A stretch of 64,000 nt of DNA from Dehalococcoidia bacterium (GCA_965207895.1 CBDBNN010000003.1:1027755-1091754); one strand, 5' to 3'. Positions 46,925 to 56,332 are shown, counted from the stretch's first letter. Made by a program: numbers and translations. The notes: generated by a model from the letters alone, not told the origin.

Positions 46925-47100
46925 CCCTAACACGAACCACATCGTCATTCCCACGAAAGCATGTCCCGTACCCCGATACGGGGCGGGAATCCAGTGCCGC
47001 CCCCAGGGCGGCCAATCCCCTCTCCCTGAGGGAGAGGGCTAGGGTGAGGGGGTATGTCATTCCGAGCGCAGCAGAGGAATCTAAAGCCTGCTTCTCAAGG
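46925..47100. repeat. Composite repeat cluster (A-variant, D, C)
   Basis: gtcattcccacgaaagcatgtcccgtaccccgatacggggcgggaatccagtgccgccc, cccctctccctgagggagagggctagggtgaggggg, gtcattccgagcgcagcagaggaatctaaag. Confidence 0.8.
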
Positions 47101-47386
47101 CCTCTCGCACTAACGCTGCAGCACCTCTGCCGTCTATTCCGAAATATCCGATTGCCCGCAACCGACCAAAGCGCGTGTCACTGCGAATCTCTTCCTTTTC
47201 CCTTTCGTCCATGTCCGAATAGGCGAGGATTTCATCCACTGTCATTTTGTCCATGTCATCCGAAGACAGGAGCATGAACTTTACGATGGCCTCATGATGT
47301 GGATCGTACTCGGCTGTCCATTTCGGGCGAGGCGTCTGGAATCTCCGCTTGATGGACTGTATGAGCGCGACGACGATCTTCGCCAT
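47081..47386 (-). CDS. Hypothetical protein (101 aa), divergent from the methyltransferase gene
   Basis: AAGGAAGGGG RBS before ATG 47386. The track N-terminal extension is rejected. Confidence 0.4.
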   Translation of the reverse strand: MAKIVVALIQSIKRRFQTPRPKWTAEYDPHHEAIVKFMLLSSDDMDKMTVDEILAYSDMDEREKEEIRSDTRFGRLRAIGYFGIDGRGAAALVREALRSRL

Positions 47387-47477
47387 TTTCTGGCCCCTTC
47401 CTTGAGTAACGTGATACATATATTCTAAGCATTTCGTGCGCGGATGGCTTCGCCCCCCATCCCCTACAATTAACCCT

Positions 47478-49130
47478 ATGACCACCCCAACCCCACCCAC
47501 CAACTGGAAAAACAAGCTCTACTTCGGCGATAACCTCCCCATCATGCGGGAGCACATCCCGGACGAGTCCGTCGATCTCATCTACCTCGATCCTCCCTTC
47601 AACTCCAACGCCACCTACAACGTCCTCTTCCGCGAGCACGATTCCTCAGAGTCCGCCGCCCAGATACAGGCATTCGACGATACCTGGCACTGGAGCACGG
47701 ACGCTGAATGGCATTACGAGCGGGTCGTCACCACCGGCCCGCGCAAACTCGCGGACATGCTCCAGGCCATGCGCACATTCCTCGGCCAGAACGACATGAT
47801 GGCCTACCTCACCATGATGGCCCCGCGCATGGTGGAGCTACATCGCGTCCTCAAGCCCACCGGCAGCATCTATCTCCACTGTGACCCCACCGCCAGCCAC
47901 TACCTCAAGCTCCTCATGGACGCCGTGTTTGGGCAACAGAGCTTCCGCAATGAGATTATTTGGAAGCGCCAGAGCGCCCATAGTGACGCCCGTGGATTCG
48001 GCTCGGTCCACGATACTTTGCTGTTCTACGTAAAGTCCGATGAGTTTATGTGGAATCCTACTTTCCAGCCTTACGAGCAGGAATACGTCGACAACTACTA
48101 CCGATACAAAGACGACGATGGCCGCCGATTCATGTCAGGTGACTTAGGTGCTGCTGGACTCCAAGGTGGCGGCTATGAATATGAATGGAAAGGTGTTACG
48201 AGAGTTTGGCGCGTTCCTATTGAGACCATGGAACGATTGGATTCAGAAGGGCGAGTCTTCTACACAAGGAATGGAATACCAAGAATCAAGCGTTATCTTG
48301 ATGAATCGCAGGGTAATCCGATTCAGGATGTCGTTACGGACATTCAATCCCTGCGGTCGTGGCACGATGAACGCCTCGGTTACCCCACCCAGAAACCCGA
48401 GGCGCTACTAGAGCGCGTCATCTCCGCCTCCAGCAACGAGGGCGACGTCGTCCTTGACCCGTTCTGCGGCTGCGGCACCGCCGTCGCCGTCGCGGAGCGC
48501 CTGAACCGCAAGTGGATCGGCATCGATGTCACCCATCTGGCCATCTCGCTCATGCGCAGCCGCCTGCGCGACTCGTTCGGCGATGACCTGTCCGACTACG
48601 AGGTCGTCGGTTCCCCCGCGGACGCTGAGAGCGCCCGCGCCCTCTCGCTTGAGGGCGGCAACACTGGCCGCTACCAGTTCGAATACTGGGCGCTCGGCCT
48701 TGTCGAGGCGCGCCCCGCGCGCGATATGAAGAAGGGCGCGGACGCCGGCATCGACGGCTACATCAACTTCTTTGATGACAACTCCGGCAAGGCAAAGACC
48801 GTCATCGTCCAGGTCAAGAGCGGTAACGTGGGCCGCAACGTCATCGCCACTCTCAAGGGCGACATGGATCGCGAGAATGCAGAGATGGGTCTGCTAATCA
48901 CCTTGCAGCCACCCACCGGCCCCATGCTCAATGAGGCCACATCCGCCGGATTCTACACGCCGGAGGCATACCCTGATCGCCAATTCCCGCGCGTCCAGAT
49001 CGCCACCATCGACGACATCCTCAACGGCAACGGCCCCGCGATACCGCAGCTCGGCCTCTCCCAGGCCCCCACCTTCCGCCGCGCCCCCCGCCGCCGCAGA
49101 ACACAAGGCCGCTCCGAACGAATGCTGTAG
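47478..49130 (+). CDS. DNA methyltransferase (beta-class N6-adenine/N4-cytosine, DPPF motif IV before motif I) fused to a C-terminal Mrr-cat-like restriction endonuclease domain
   Basis: Motif IV IYLDPPFNS. Motif I VVLDPFCGCGTAVAVAERL. C-terminal GADAGIDGYINFF...KTVIVQVKSGNVG matches the Mrr catalytic-domain pattern (D...D/QxK). Confidence 0.85.
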   Translation: MTTPTPPTNWKNKLYFGDNLPIMREHIPDESVDLIYLDPPFNSNATYNVLFREHDSSESAAQIQAFDDTWHWSTDAEWHYERVVTTGPRKLADMLQAMRTFLGQNDMMAYLTMMAPRMVELHRVLKPTGSIYLHCDPTASHYLKLLMDAVFGQQSFRNEIIWKRQSAHSDARGFGSVHDTLLFYVKSDEFMWNPTFQPYEQEYVDNYYRYKDDDGRRFMSGDLGAAGLQGGGYEYEWKGVTRVWRVPIETMERLDSEGRVFYTRNGIPRIKRYLDESQGNPIQDVVTDIQSLRSWHDERLGYPTQKPEALLERVISASSNEGDVVLDPFCGCGTAVAVAERLNRKWIGIDVTHLAISLMRSRLRDSFGDDLSDYEVVGSPADAESARALSLEGGNTGRYQFEYWALGLVEARPARDMKKGADAGIDGYINFFDDNSGKAKTVIVQVKSGNVGRNVIATLKGDMDRENAEMGLLITLQPPTGPMLNEATSAGFYTPEAYPDRQFPRVQIATIDDILNGNGPAIPQLGLSQAPTFRRAPRRRRTQGRSERML

Positions 49131-49233
49131 CCTTGCTCCGCCACCCCTAATTGCTACCCATCCACCTCTAGCGGTACAGTACGAACGCGGACATCGATGA
49201 CAAAAAATCCGGTGGGGACCGGGGAGGTGAGTG

Positions 49234-50451
49234 ATGACGAACGGCGCCGCGCAGAAGGTACTCTGTGTTCTCTATGACGATCCCGTGCAGGGCTTTCCGC
49301 CCCAATATGCCCGGGAGTCCATCCCAACCCTGAGCCAATACCCGGACGGCCAGTCCATGCCGTCCCCGACGGCCATCGACTTCACGCCCGGCCAGCTGCT
49401 GGGCTCCGTGTCCGGTGGCCTGGGACTTGAGAGCTTCGTCACGTCACAGGGCCATCAGTTCGTCGTGACGTCCGATAAGGACGCCGCGGACTCCGTGTTC
49501 GAGCGGGAGATCGTCGATGCCGACGTGGTCATCTCCCAGCCGTTCTGGCCCGCGTACCTGACGGCGGAGAGGATCGCCAAGGCGCCCAACCTCAAGCTCG
49601 CCATCACCGCCGGCATCGGCTCCGATCACGTCGACCTCCAGTCGGCCATCAACCGGGACATCACCGTCGCGGAGGTCACCTGGTGCAACAGCATCAGCGT
49701 CGCGGAGCACGCCGTCATGCAGATGCTGGCCCTCGTGCGCGACTATCTGCCGCAGTACGGGTGGGTCGTGCGCGGCGGCTGGAACATCGCGGACGCCGTC
49801 TCACGCTCCTATGACATTGAGGGCATGGACGTCGGCGTCGTCGCGGCGGGCCGCATCGGCCTCGCCGTTCTCAAGCGGATGAAGCCCTTCGACGTGAACC
49901 TCCACTACACGGATCGCCACCGCCTCCCGCCGGAGGTTGAAGAGGAGCTGGGCGTCACGTTCCACGAGACGCCGGAATCGCTTGTGGCGGCCTGTGACGT
50001 CGTCAGCATCCATTGCCCCCTCCATCCGGAGACCGAGCACATGTTCAACGATGAGCTGATTGGCAAGATGCGACGCGGCTCCTACCTCGTTAACACCGCC
50101 CGTGGCAAGATCTGCGATCGAGATGCCGTCGCCCGAGCGTTGGAGAGCGGACAGCTGGCAGGCTACGCCGGCGACGTGTGGTTCCCGCAGCCCGCCCCGA
50201 ACGACCATCCGTGGCGCACCATGCCGAATCATGCGCTGACACCGCACACGTCCGGCACGTCGCTGTCGGCGCAGGCGCGCTACGCCGCAGGCGTCCGGGA
50301 GATCCTGGAGTGCTGGTTCGAGGGTCGCCCGATCCGCGACGAATACCTCATCGTGCAGGGCGGCGGACTCGCTGGAACGGGCGCGCATTCCTACAGCGAG
50401 GGCGATGCCACCGGCGGCTCTGAGGAGGCCGCGCGGTTCTCGTCTACGTAG
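49234..50451 (+). CDS. fdh: NAD-dependent formate dehydrogenase
   Basis: D-isomer-specific 2-hydroxyacid dehydrogenase fold. FDH-type N-terminus KVLCVLYDDPV and AGIGSDHVDL. Confidence 0.9.
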   Translation: MTNGAAQKVLCVLYDDPVQGFPPQYARESIPTLSQYPDGQSMPSPTAIDFTPGQLLGSVSGGLGLESFVTSQGHQFVVTSDKDAADSVFEREIVDADVVISQPFWPAYLTAERIAKAPNLKLAITAGIGSDHVDLQSAINRDITVAEVTWCNSISVAEHAVMQMLALVRDYLPQYGWVVRGGWNIADAVSRSYDIEGMDVGVVAAGRIGLAVLKRMKPFDVNLHYTDRHRLPPEVEEELGVTFHETPESLVAACDVVSIHCPLHPETEHMFNDELIGKMRRGSYLVNTARGKICDRDAVARALESGQLAGYAGDVWFPQPAPNDHPWRTMPNHALTPHTSGTSLSAQARYAAGVREILECWFEGRPIRDEYLIVQGGGLAGTGAHSYSEGDATGGSEEAARFSST

Positions 50452-50651
50452 AGAGAAAAGGAGCAAAAACGAGGATTGCAGCGCCCGAAAGGTTGCAATC
50501 CACACCAACTTCGTGAAAAACGTAACATGACAGGAGAGGGGCGGCTGATCGCGCTGTCCCTATCTGTTACGCAGCAGGAAAGCAGAAGGATTACCAAAAT
50601 CGGCAACGGTGCTATTATGACCGTGCAAAAACAATCGGCTGGGAGGCGGAT

Positions 50652-51056
50652 ATGCTGACACTAGCGAACGTAAGGCCCTTGGTTGCAACTTTTGCCCGAC
50701 CTGTCGTGTTATTCGCCTCATTTGCACTACTTCTGGGAGTTTTCGCCGCATGTGAGGCCGCGCCAACCCCCACCCCGACTGCGGTGCCCACAGCAACGCC
50801 AACTCCCATCCCAACCGCAGACCCATCAATGCCATCCATACTTGGCGCCGATATAATGCGTTTACTCCCACTGGAGGAAGTTGACTGCATCCAGGCGGCA
50901 GTTGGCGGCTTGGACGCCTACAACTTACTCCTTCAAACTCCGTTTACCGCCGAAATGCTCACTCCTGAGGCCGCCGCCGCGTCACCGGTCACAGCTTGCC
51001 TGTCACCGGAGTCTCAGGCGATCTTCGCCGAAGCGGTAATGGCCGCCGGGGGATAA
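50652..51056 (+). CDS. Hypothetical secreted protein/lipoprotein with a PT-rich linker
   Basis: Signal peptide ending ...FAAC, then a (TPTP)n segment. Confidence 0.5.
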   Translation: MLTLANVRPLVATFARPVVLFASFALLLGVFAACEAAPTPTPTAVPTATPTPIPTADPSMPSILGADIMRLLPLEEVDCIQAAVGGLDAYNLLLQTPFTAEMLTPEAAAASPVTACLSPESQAIFAEAVMAAGG

Positions 51057-51149
51057 CTTCAAGGTCAGTCGCGACGCTCTAAACCGGAGTTTCACGGTTT
51101 GACACCGCGAAAGACGGTGCGATAGGCTTCGTCCGAAGAGCAGATAGAC

Positions 51150-51345
51150 ACTGCCCGTTCAGGTGCCCGTACCCGGGAGAATAGGGAAGGCGGTGAAAAG
51201 CCGCCGCGGTAGCGCCACTGTAAGCGGGGTTTGATTGCTGAGTGCCCACTGTCGCGAATGCGATGGGAAGGGCCCGGCGCAAGATCGATACCCGCAAGCC
51301 AGGAGACCTGCCTGGACGGAAGGTGAACTCTCTCCGCTAATGAGA
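51150..51345 (+). ncRNA. Cobalamin (B12) riboswitch
   Basis: Conserved core AATAGGGAAGGCGGTGAAAAGCCGCCGCGGTAGCGCCACTGT and B12 box AGCCAGGAGACCTGCC, in the 5' leader of a btuC-like operon. Confidence 0.75.
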
Positions 51346-51422
51346 GGGTCCCTCAGCCGGCCGGGCAAAAAGCCCCAACAGCGTGAGCGTCAACCCTCCA
51401 GCGGAGCAGCCGGAGGGTTGTT

Positions 51423-52502
51423 TTGTTGCGAGTTGCCGGAATTCCGGCGTGGGGCACTTATCGCCGCTCGGGCGTCCTCACGCGTCTCGCCATCGGCGCG
51501 GCGACCCTTGCGCTCGCCATTCTCCTCATCGTGCTCATCTCATTGAGCGTTGGCCCCGTCAGCATTCCGGTGCGCAGCGTCGCCTCCACCCTCGTTGGAT
51601 TCCTTGGCGTCGACGTTGGTGATGTTTCGCGAACCCACGAACTGGTGATTCAGCAGATTCGTTTGCCGCGCATCATTGTGGGCGCGGCCGTCGGCATGGG
51701 GCTCGGTGTGGCGGGCGCGACGATGCAGGGACTCTTCCGCAATCCATTGGCCGACCCCGGCATCATTGGCGTGTCCGCGGGTGGGGCGCTTGGCGCAGTC
51801 ATTGCTATCGCGACGGGCGCGGCCGGGCTATTCTTCATGGCCCTGCCCCTCGCCGCCTTTTCGGGAGCAATGATAGCCACACTGGTTGTCTATGGCATCT
51901 CAACAGTCAGCGGACACTTCTCGATGGCCACACTGCTGTTGGCCGGCATCGCGGTGAACGCGTTCCTAGGCGCGATCGTATCTGCAATCGTCATCCTGCT
52001 GCCGGATAATGGCGCGCTGCGAGAGATTCTCTTCTGGCTGGCAGGCGGTCTGGATTCACGCGCATGGGAACACGTATTGATGTCGCTGCCGCCGATTCTT
52101 GCAGGAATTCTCATTGCCATGGTGATGGCCCGGGACCTCAACCTGCTGATGCTTGGCGATGATGAAGCCCGCTCGCTCGGCGTGAATGTCGTGCCAGTGC
52201 GTCTGCTGCTCCTGGCGGTTGGGGCGATGGTGACGGGTGTGGCTGTTGCTGTCAGCGGAACCATCGCATTCGTTGGCCTTGTGACACCCCACGTGCTCAG
52301 GCTGCTGCTTGGGCCGGACAATCGCGTGCTCATTCCCATGAGCGCGCTGGGCGGAGCAGTTTTTGTGATTCTTGCCGACACCGTGGCGAGGACAGTCATT
52401 CAGCCGGCTGAACTGAGAGTCGGAATCCTGACGGCGTTCGTCGGCGCGCCGTTCTTCATCCTGTTGCTCATCCAGAACAGGGGGCGAGGGTACTCGCTCT
52501 GA
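51423..52502 (+). CDS. btuC: FecCD-family ABC transporter permease (BtuC-like)
   Basis: 10-TM FecCD permease pattern. Downstream of the riboswitch. Confidence 0.85.
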   Translation: MLRVAGIPAWGTYRRSGVLTRLAIGAATLALAILLIVLISLSVGPVSIPVRSVASTLVGFLGVDVGDVSRTHELVIQQIRLPRIIVGAAVGMGLGVAGATMQGLFRNPLADPGIIGVSAGGALGAVIAIATGAAGLFFMALPLAAFSGAMIATLVVYGISTVSGHFSMATLLLAGIAVNAFLGAIVSAIVILLPDNGALREILFWLAGGLDSRAWEHVLMSLPPILAGILIAMVMARDLNLLMLGDDEARSLGVNVVPVRLLLLAVGAMVTGVAVAVSGTIAFVGLVTPHVLRLLLGPDNRVLIPMSALGGAVFVILADTVARTVIQPAELRVGILTAFVGAPFFILLLIQNRGRGYSL

Positions 52503-52554
52503 ATCGTGAATGTAGATATCCGAATGCGTGAGAAAAGAGAAGGGAGATAGAGCA

Positions 52555-53694
52555 GTGAAAGAAATCTCGGCCAGAATCGTCATCTTCGGGCTGCTTGCCA
52601 TACTGGCGGCTTTGGCGTTCGCGTGCGACTCCACAGGACCGACAGGAGAGAGGGGAACAGCGCCGGATCCGGCCCCGACAGTGGAAATCGTGCTACCGAC
52701 GGCTACCCCAACCGCTACTCCACGCTCTGTCCCTACACCAACTCCCGAGCCGACACCGCCGCCGCTGGTCGGTCAGTTAACCGGTGTTCCCGGTATTGTT
52801 GATCCCACCAACCTCAATTGGCCCAGGCAGGTTGAAGGGCTGAACGGAATCGTCGAGATTCCTGCCAAGCCGCAACGCGTCATTACCGCATCGGTGGGCC
52901 ATGATGAGATGGTGCTGGCTATTGTGCCCAATGAAAGGCTCGTCGCCGTTGGCGGTGCAACTCAGAACCAGACGTACTCAAATGTCGCAGACTTGGTTCA
53001 GGAAAAGCCGGAAATCACTCGCGATCCCGAAACCATAATTGCCCAGAATCCGGACGTCATAGTGACAAGCCCATTCTTTTCGGCGGATGGCGTCGAGGCG
53101 TTGACTCGCGTTGGGATTCCGGTCATTCAGACTCAGCTGGATCACGACGCGGAGGCGCGCATCAATAACATCCTCTTGCTGGGTTACATCCTGGGTGAAG
53201 AATCGCGGGCATTGCAGTTTGCGAAAGAAGTGCGCGATCGATACGAGACCCTTATCGCCGTCACGGGCGAAAAGCAAAACAAGCCGCGTGTCCTGGCACT
53301 GACCAGCTACTCGGATAATCTCTGGGTGGCCGGAGCGAATTCGACCGAAGGGTCTGTCATCGAGGCGGCCGGAGGAATCAACGCAGCGGCGGATCAAGGA
53401 GTTGAAGGAAACCAGACCACCAGCCTTGAGGGCGTGATCTCCATGAATCCGGATGTCATCATCATCGCCCAGCCCATCGAGTTCGGCGCCCTGGGATTCC
53501 AGGAGCGACTCATGTCAGAAGAGGTGCTCAGTAATTTGCCGGCTATCAGCGATGATCGTATCTATGTCGTCGAAAGCAAGCACTTCACGACGCTATCGTA
53601 CTGGAACATCAGGGGAGCTGAAGATCTTGCCCGGATCCTGTGGCCGGACGATTTCTCCGAGCCACCGGCTGAGACCTTCAGTGTTGCAGGATAG
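52555..53694 (+). CDS. btuF: ABC transporter periplasmic substrate-binding lipoprotein (BtuF/TroA-like)
   Basis: AAGGGAG RBS and GTG start. Lipobox LAFAC. Class III SBP fold motifs. Confidence 0.8.
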   Translation: MKEISARIVIFGLLAILAALAFACDSTGPTGERGTAPDPAPTVEIVLPTATPTATPRSVPTPTPEPTPPPLVGQLTGVPGIVDPTNLNWPRQVEGLNGIVEIPAKPQRVITASVGHDEMVLAIVPNERLVAVGGATQNQTYSNVADLVQEKPEITRDPETIIAQNPDVIVTSPFFSADGVEALTRVGIPVIQTQLDHDAEARINNILLLGYILGEESRALQFAKEVRDRYETLIAVTGEKQNKPRVLALTSYSDNLWVAGANSTEGSVIEAAGGINAAADQGVEGNQTTSLEGVISMNPDVIIIAQPIEFGALGFQERLMSEEVLSNLPAISDDRIYVVESKHFTTLSYWNIRGAEDLARILWPDDFSEPPAETFSVAG

Positions 53695-53703
53695 AGGGGG
53701 ACG

Positions 53704-54528
53704 ATGACTACGGCGGTGCGTGCAGCCTCGCTCTCAGCGGAGGGCCTGACGTACGCGATCCAGGGCAAGAAGCTGCTGGACAACGTCCGCCTCCGCGCAG
53801 GGCAGGGTGAGCTGGTGGGAGTGATAGGCCCGAACGGAGCGGGGAAATCAACACTCTTGCGCGCACTCGCCGGGGTCATCGAGCCGTCTGAAGGAGAACC
53901 TTACCTTGACGGCCGTAGATTTGGTGAGATGCCTTCACGTGAAAGAGCGCGAGCCATTGCACTTGTTCCCCAGGTTGCGCCGATGGCGCACGGTTTCACG
54001 TGCCTCGAGCTTGTGCTTATGGGCAGGTATCCGCATATGGGACGGTTCCAGATCGAGGGCGCATCGGACGAAAATATCGCGCGTCAGGCGATGCGGATGA
54101 CAGATACGGAACAATTTGCGGATCGGACGCTCGAAACGCTGTCCGGCGGTGAGTGCCAGCGCGTGTTTATCGCGCGCGCCCTCGCACAGCATCCCCGTAT
54201 CCTCTTGCTCGACGAGCCAACCTCAAACCTGGATATTCTTCACCAGCTGCGTGTGCTTGGCCTCATTCGGCAATGGGCTTCGGATGGCTCGACGGCAATC
54301 GCTGCTGTGCATGACCTCAACATGGCGGCTCGCCATTGCGATTTTCTGACCCTGCTCAGTAGAGGCAGGGTAGTCGCAGAAGGAACGCCGGAAGACGTTC
54401 TGACTGCTGAGAATGTCAGCAACGCCTACGGGGTCGAATCAGTCATTTATCGCGACCCCCACACCGGCGCCCTGGCCCTAAGCCTAATCGGCCCGGCTGA
54501 GCGCTTGTCTGAGTATGCGGTTGGTTAG
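53704..54528 (+). CDS. btuD: ABC transporter ATP-binding protein (BtuD/FecE-like)
   Basis: Walker A GPNGAGKST, LSGGE signature, Walker B LLLDEPT. Confidence 0.9.
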   Translation: MTTAVRAASLSAEGLTYAIQGKKLLDNVRLRAGQGELVGVIGPNGAGKSTLLRALAGVIEPSEGEPYLDGRRFGEMPSRERARAIALVPQVAPMAHGFTCLELVLMGRYPHMGRFQIEGASDENIARQAMRMTDTEQFADRTLETLSGGECQRVFIARALAQHPRILLLDEPTSNLDILHQLRVLGLIRQWASDGSTAIAAVHDLNMAARHCDFLTLLSRGRVVAEGTPEDVLTAENVSNAYGVESVIYRDPHTGALALSLIGPAERLSEYAVG

Positions 54529-54646
54529 TGCAAGAGTGGCGAGGCAAGGCTAGAATGAAAAGCAACCGGATACTGCTTCGATAGATTCGAATGCGGTCCA
54601 CCCGCCATTAACGACGACCGCTCAGAGCGGAGATCAGGAGTGTAGT

Positions 54647-56332
54647 TTGATTGACCGCCGGGCTCTAAACGCCGTCGTAATCCTGACCATCTTCACGGTT
54701 TTATCCCTTCTGCTCTCTTGCACTCAGATCGACACCACTCCGACCTCGACTCAAGATTCTGACTCTCCCGCGCCAACCGCTGAAACGGAAACGTCGGCGA
54801 CAACACCGCTAGCAACTGCGACTCCTGTCCCTCCTGCATCGACTCCGGCTCCACCGACGGCCACACCCCCATCCCCTACGGCGACACCGTTGCCTGTGCC
54901 GACGCCGACGCCCACGGCGCTGGAATTGAAACTTGCGCGCATTGAGCAATTGCGTTGGTACGACGACGAATCATTGACGCAGGAATCACGCAACTCTTTG
55001 GTGACGAATCTCTGTGATCTCGCTACAGCTCATCCTGAGCTCTTTGAGGATGTTCTGAGCAAGAACTGGATTAATCCGGTCGACCAAACAGAATTGGACA
55101 CGGCTGGGTCTGTCGTTAGCCGCCTGATCGAGCTTGCCGGGAATGACGAAAGGGCAGCCCAGGACGTTCTTGTGATGCCATTCCTAGAAAGCCTTGATTC
55201 CATCAGAGAGCTTGATGAGTTACAGGCCGGGGAAGCAGAGATTCAAGTGCTGGATGCGCTGGTTTTTTTGAGCAATTTAGTCGATGGAGATTTCAGCGAC
55301 TACCTGGATAGCCTTCCTCTTGATGGCCCGATTGATGACCAAATTCTTGAGTACGATGATGACAATGACTCCAAAACGGACTTTGCGGAGCAACTGTCTT
55401 ACTACTATGTCCAGTGGACCAATCCTGAAATCGCCAGCGAAATCGATTCCATCACTCGGGGGCCTCATGAGCGGTTAGATTGGGCTTCAGACTTTGCGAT
55501 GCTCTACCTTTCTAAGCCCGAGACCTATCGACAGCTGTATGACGGACTCACTGGGCGTGGCGCAGGCGACTCTACGATTCGTGCCTTTTTGTACATCGCC
55601 ATTCAGGAACCGGAATTGGCTGTCCGAATCAGTCAAATGCCCGTTGCGATGGCAAGAGAAGAAGGCTACTTCTCCGCATGGGGCTTCCTTAGGAGGGCCC
55701 TGGAGCACGACCCGGCAAAGACCTGGGAAATTGTTGACGAGGTTGCACAAGACGGGGTTATAGAAGTAACTGACAACTATGCTTTCATGTTGGCCCTTCT
55801 TGGTGTGTTCGATTCAGAATTCAGCGAAACGCTCACAGCACTGCCCTGGGTGATTGATGGCGTACGGCCGCGGGAATACACGGTCAATGAAGAGGGTGAA
55901 CGTTCTTACTGGACTGGCTCTGGGGAAGATGAACCATTCATAAACTTGATCTACTGGGGGCTGGAACCGGAACGGACTGCGCTAAACAAACTGCTCAACA
56001 TGGGGTGGATTCGTGACGATGAATTCGATTGGTACGAGAGGAAGGTGGTTGACGAGCTGACGAACTTCTCCCATGCAGAAGTAGAAGTTCTATTGGATCT
56101 ACAGTTTCTGCGGAGCATTGAGAATGATGACCGTTTTTCTTTAAGCCGACTTAGGAATGCAATAGAGACTGATTCGGAACTTTCCTACCCCTTCCAGGAC
56201 ATTATTGAGCACCGATTGTTTGGTGGAGACATTACGGATGAGAACCAGTGCTACCTTGAGCGTGTCATTGAGGAACTGAGGCCGGGGTCGACGCGTGTCG
56301 CTGCAAATCCCGGCGCCGGAGAATCCTGCTAA
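54647..56332 (+). CDS. Hypothetical lipoprotein with a long Pro/Thr/Ala-rich linker and a ~450-aa acidic helical domain
   Basis: Lipobox LLSC. PTPT-rich low-complexity region. No catalytic motif. Confidence 0.5.
   Translation: MIDRRALNAVVILTIFTVLSLLLSCTQIDTTPTSTQDSDSPAPTAETETSATTPLATATPVPPASTPAPPTATPPSPTATPLPVPTPTPTALELKLARIEQLRWYDDESLTQESRNSLVTNLCDLATAHPELFEDVLSKNWINPVDQTELDTAGSVVSRLIELAGNDERAAQDVLVMPFLESLDSIRELDELQAGEAEIQVLDALVFLSNLVDGDFSDYLDSLPLDGPIDDQILEYDDDNDSKTDFAEQLSYYYVQWTNPEIASEIDSITRGPHERLDWASDFAMLYLSKPETYRQLYDGLTGRGAGDSTIRAFLYIAIQEPELAVRISQMPVAMAREEGYFSAWGFLRRALEHDPAKTWEIVDEVAQDGVIEVTDNYAFMLALLGVFDSEFSETLTALPWVIDGVRPREYTVNEEGERSYWTGSGEDEPFINLIYWGLEPERTALNKLLNMGWIRDDEFDWYERKVVDELTNFSHAEVEVLLDLQFLRSIENDDRFSLSRLRNAIETDSELSYPFQDIIEHRLFGGDITDENQCYLERVIEELRPGSTRVAANPGAGESC

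Noticed and set aside
8740-47100. Possibility that the repeat clusters are CRISPR arrays
   Set aside because: The modules are heterogeneous, irregularly spaced, in mixed orientation and scattered at many loci without unique spacers of constant length. No cas genes are present.
50460-50651. Hairpin GGATTGCAGCGCCCGAAAGGTTGCAATCC downstream of fdh as a terminator
   Set aside because: The stem is convincing, but there is no T-tract after it. It might be a terminator or simply a repeat fragment, so it is not listed as a feature.
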